Source: Dehalococcoidia bacterium (lineage in GTDB: Bacteria > Chloroflexota > Dehalococcoidia > Lucifugimonadales > UBA3495). Taken from it: a DNA stretch of 64,000 nucleotides. Below are positions 61,072-64,000 of this stretch, one piece after another. Every line of letters begins with the position of its first letter. The first letter of the stretch is position 1. The notes under the pieces are model-generated. The model did no database searches and had not been told where the DNA came from. It was given only the letters and a program-made list of their open reading frames with translations. Both the position numbers and the translations under genes were made by a program. The DNA lies in the NCBI GenBank assembly GCA_030740155.1, contig JASLXV010000074.1, positions 1 through 64,000 of the forward strand. Reading direction: 5' to 3'.

Positions 61072-61674
61072 TCACTCCAAGTCTTTCAGGACCGCAAGGA
61101 TCTGTTCAGCCGATGGCCGGTCCGCGATGTCCTGGCCGACGTTGCGCCAGAGGACCTCGCCAGCTTGCCCAATAATAAGGGTAGCGGGAGCGGCAACCTT
61201 GTCCCCAAGCAGGTCGTAGACGCCGTACCGGCGGACGACACTGCCCTCTGGGTCCGCGAGGACGGGGAACACCGATCCGGTTAAGGTTGCCATTTGGGCG
61301 GCGTCCTGAATGCTGTCCATGCTAATTGCCGCCACCTCCGCGTCTTCGGCCTGGAACCCGGGATAGGCGTCTGCCAGCTTCACAAGCTGGTTCCGGCAGA
61401 GGCCTCAAAAGAAGCCGCGGTAGAAGACCAGAACCACCGTGTTGTTCTCGCGGAGCAATTGGTCCAGGGCCACTTCCCTGCTATCGGCGGCGGGCAATGA
61501 GAAGCCGGGGGCGGTCTCCACCTCGTCGGAGGAGCAACCGGCGCCCCCCAGGAGGAGCAGGAAGATTCCCACCACTGCCAACAAGAGGCCCGCCCTCGAA
61601 ACTCGGCGAGCTGGGAGCCACTGGCAGGATAGTCCTCGGCCACTCTCCGGCGGGCGCGGGTCAACGACGTACAT
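61072..61674 (-). CDS. AhpC/TSA peroxiredoxin-like selenoprotein (UxxC), membrane-anchored
   Basis: APGFSLP...VLVFYRGFF-TGA(61405-61407)-GLCRNQLVKL...AISMD...FPVLAD in one frame; hairpin at 61374-61390. Confidence 0.88.
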
Positions 61675-61782
61675 GATCTTGCCTCCCCCTGGAATCCCCC
61701 ACCCGCTCCAAAACGGGGTAGGGGGTTTTGACCGATTATTGGGCGGGATATTCTTGTCATTGTCCGCGGGCAGCCGGGCCGT

Positions 61783-62484
61783 TCACCGCGGCAGGACCTC
61801 CAGGAAGCCGGCGTTCGGTTCCTCTTCCTCGGCTGAGCTGTCCGGCTCCTCATCCGTTTCAAACGCATCGGCATGTTGGCCGCTCAACATGGTCTGGACC
61901 ACGGAGCCCTTGTTGGTCCAAGTTATGGCTGTGCCGGGCCTCACCTCAATGTCAGCCGGGACGGCTGACGCATCCATGACTTCGATAGCCACCCGCTCGG
62001 CGGAGGGAGCATCGAGGGACACAGTAATGGAGCCAGCCACCGCGGGACGCATGTGGCTGTGGAAGTGAACCATCGTTCCCACAAGGTGGTCCTCCACCTC
62101 GTAGGTGAACGTGTCACCGGGCTCCAGCGGCCCCGACTCGAACGTTCCACCGTGGGTACCACCGCCGGCGTGGAAGGTGATCTGATACCGGCCGGTGGTT
62201 TCGGCCACGAAGTAGAAGTCAACCAACTCACCGGCAGCGATTTCCTTTTCGATATCGTAGCCGTGGAGGTGGAGTTCACCTGGCTCCTCGGCCTCGATCT
62301 TCAAGGTGACCATGTCGTCTTGTTTAACCCTGATTGTCTCCGGGCTCAGCTTTCCGTGCTCTAGCTTCACCGGAATCTCCAGTTCTTCGGGTCCGCCGCC
62401 GCCGCAGGCGGCCGCCTTAAGCAGAAGCAATGGAAGCAATACCACGGCCACAATTAACCGTAGGGACAAAAATGAAAACTTCAT
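61783..62484 (-). CDS. cupredoxin-fold lipoprotein
   Basis: Lipobox AAAC; SPETIRVK, HLHGY, SGPLEPGDTFTY, VRPGTAITWTN; AAGGAG RBS. Confidence 0.78.
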   Translation of the reverse strand: MKFSFLSLRLIVAVVLLPLLLLKAAACGGGGPEELEIPVKLEHGKLSPETIRVKQDDMVTLKIEAEEPGELHLHGYDIEKEIAAGELVDFYFVAETTGRYQITFHAGGGTHGGTFESGPLEPGDTFTYEVEDHLVGTMVHFHSHMRPAVAGSITVSLDAPSAERVAIEVMDASAVPADIEVRPGTAITWTNKGSVVQTMLSGQHADAFETDEEPDSSAEEEEPNAGFLEVLPR

Positions 62485-62646
62485 GAGTAGCTCCTTGTAA
62501 ATACGAACAATGTACGAATGCGCGTGGGCTGAGTTCGTTTCCCAAGACGGAGGCTCCACGGAGAGACATCAGAATGCGAGGCTACACGCCAAGAAAACCG
62601 CGGTCGCAGACGTTGGAGCAGCCAAAGTCGAGGAGTGGAGGAGGAG

Positions 62647-63144
62647 CTAGGCTCGAGGAGGCCTTCTCACAGGTCCAACGAAGGCCGCCAGGAGGCGGTT
62701 ATCCTCGCCGGCCAATCCGAACCGGAACATGTCCCCGGGGGGTTGGAAAACGATTGAGGCCGGCGCCACGGTCAAAATGGCGGTCGCGACGCTCGGGCCG
62801 TTCCCTTCGGATGGCGCCAGGAACACTATCCCGTCAAGCCCGTCGTAGATTTCAGATAGGCCGGCGGAATTTGCCGGCAAGGGACTGGCAACATGGTCAT
62901 GCCCGTGCCCGGCGTCGAAGGGGTGGGCATGTTCCGGTCCGCCCTGTCCCAGATAGACGTGAGCATGGTTGGGCGCTTTCTCGGCGAAGTGGTGGTCAGT
63001 CAGGGGCCCAAAGGTTGGCAGGAAGAGGATATACAGGGAGACCAGTATGGGCAGCAGCAGTGCCGGCGAGGTCCGGGGGCGTTCCGCACCGACATCCCGG
63101 ACAGGCCCGTGTCCGCGCGGTGAGTTTCTCCAGCTTGATGCCAT
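62647..63144 (-). CDS. exported His-rich leader protein ending RRPPRA (candidate arrest peptide)
   Basis: Hydrophobic segment, DHHF..NHAH..EHAH..HGHDH, C-terminal VRRPPRA; extended -10 TGTGTAGAAT 6 nt before ATG suggests a leaderless transcript. Confidence 0.65.
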   Translation of the reverse strand: MASSWRNSPRGHGPVRDVGAERPRTSPALLLPILVSLYILFLPTFGPLTDHHFAEKAPNHAHVYLGQGGPEHAHPFDAGHGHDHVASPLPANSAGLSEIYDGLDGIVFLAPSEGNGPSVATAILTVAPASIVFQPPGDMFRFGLAGEDNRLLAAFVGPVRRPPRA

Positions 63145-63223
63145 TATTATATTCTACACAAGCGGTCCGAAAACCAACAGACCCGAGGGCATGGGACTCA
63201 CCGGGCCGGCAATTTCGGGATGG

Positions 63224-64000
63224 CTACCGGGTTTGACGTCCCCCGCGCCGGGACCCATCCGAAATGCCCAGCTTCCGTCGCACTGGCGCAAACGGCGGCG
63301 TCAAACCTATCGCCACCGCCAGGACGAGAATCGCCGCCGCAACCCCCGCCGGCAGATACCAGCCTGTCCCTCCCTCAGGCTCCGGCGTTCCCACGGGAGC
63401 AGGTCCGCCGCCGGTCTCCGGCTGGTCCCCGGCCTCGGCGTCTCCGATCCGAAGCGGCTGCTCCTTCACAATCCGATCCGGGGCCCCAAAGTACACTTCC
63501 GCGACAATCTTGTGTTCGCCCGGGGGCAAGGGCTGCCGGGACTCAAACCGCATATCCCCCGGTTTGCCGGGCAACAGCAGAGAAGGCCCGGTATCGAGGG
63601 TGGTGCCCAGCACCGTTCCGTCCGCGGCGTGGACGTATACCTGGACGCGGGGCCGCAGCGCCAGGTCGCCCTCATTCTCCAAAGTGACGACAATTCCCAT
63701 GGGGAGGCCGGGACTCTCGACAGCGCGCAGGCCCGACACCGTCAGGACCGGGGTTGCGGTGAACTCGGCCCCGGCCGTGAGATGGGCGGTCCCCCCATAG
63801 GAAAAAGTGGCGGTCGCGGTGTACGAGTCACCGAGTGTCAGGGCCACTGCGGGGCCGGCCACCAGTTCGTAGCTCTCCCCTGGATAGATCGCCGAACTCT
63901 CCGGGAACGCCGGTCTCGCGGGTAGCGGACCGTCGCTCCCGTTGATCTCCACGAACCCATCGGCGACGAAGTGGATGTTGCCGCGATTGACCAACTGAGC
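63224..64000 (-). CDS. surface protein with Ig-like domains and C-terminal TM anchor, 5'-truncated
   Basis: NRGNIH and NEGDL beta-sandwich patterns; C-terminal hydrophobic helix and basic tail; frame open at the window edge. Confidence 0.6.
   Translation of the reverse strand, partial: AQLVNRGNIHFVADGFVEINGSDGPLPARPAFPESSAIYPGESYELVAGPAVALTLGDSYTATATFSYGGTAHLTAGAEFTATPVLTVSGLRAVESPGLPMGIVVTLENEGDLALRPRVQVYVHAADGTVLGTTLDTGPSLLLPGKPGDMRFESRQPLPPGEHKIVAEVYFGAPDRIVKEQPLRIGDAEAGDQPETGGGPAPVGTPEPEGGTGWYLPAGVAAAILVLAVAIGLTPPFAPVRRKLGISDGSRRGGRQTR

Noticed and set aside
61380..61874. 164-aa minus-strand ORF, or a frameshift explanation for the split peroxiredoxin
   Set aside because: The two real halves are already in frame across a single TGA

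Overview
GC-rich chromosomal segment whose gene content suggests Chloroflexota, probably Dehalococcoidia/SAR202-like (inference from the obgE-nadD order, F420-dependent PPOX protein, T-box-controlled trp operon and expanded SDR/MaoC/crotonase families). It holds ctaA/ctaB, gcvT-H-PA-PB, a FitA/VapC toxin-antitoxin pair, an intact IS1182 with inverted repeats and a 4-bp target duplication, a glycine-betaine-type ABC transporter, an LprG-like/MFS pair, obgE, a nadD-pyrE fusion, ygfZ/iscA, glcD/E/F with an alanine-glyoxylate aminotransferase, and a trp operon with both trpB types but no trpA. Features missed by the ORF track: (1) a probable oriC (DnaA boxes plus DnaA-trio-like tract) upstream of obgE with no adjacent dnaA; (2) two selenoproteins read through UGA, each with a GUG-loop SECIS-like hairpin; (3) an exported His-rich leader ORF ending in RRPP whose stop-codon region pairs perfectly with the ribosome-binding site of a downstream copper/redox operon, a candidate ribosome-stalling metal sensor; (4) a decayed toxin-antitoxin remnant inside the trp operon; (5) several REP-like palindrome families, two possibly inserted in frame in gcvPA and gcvPB. 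All calls were made by eye; no searches were run.
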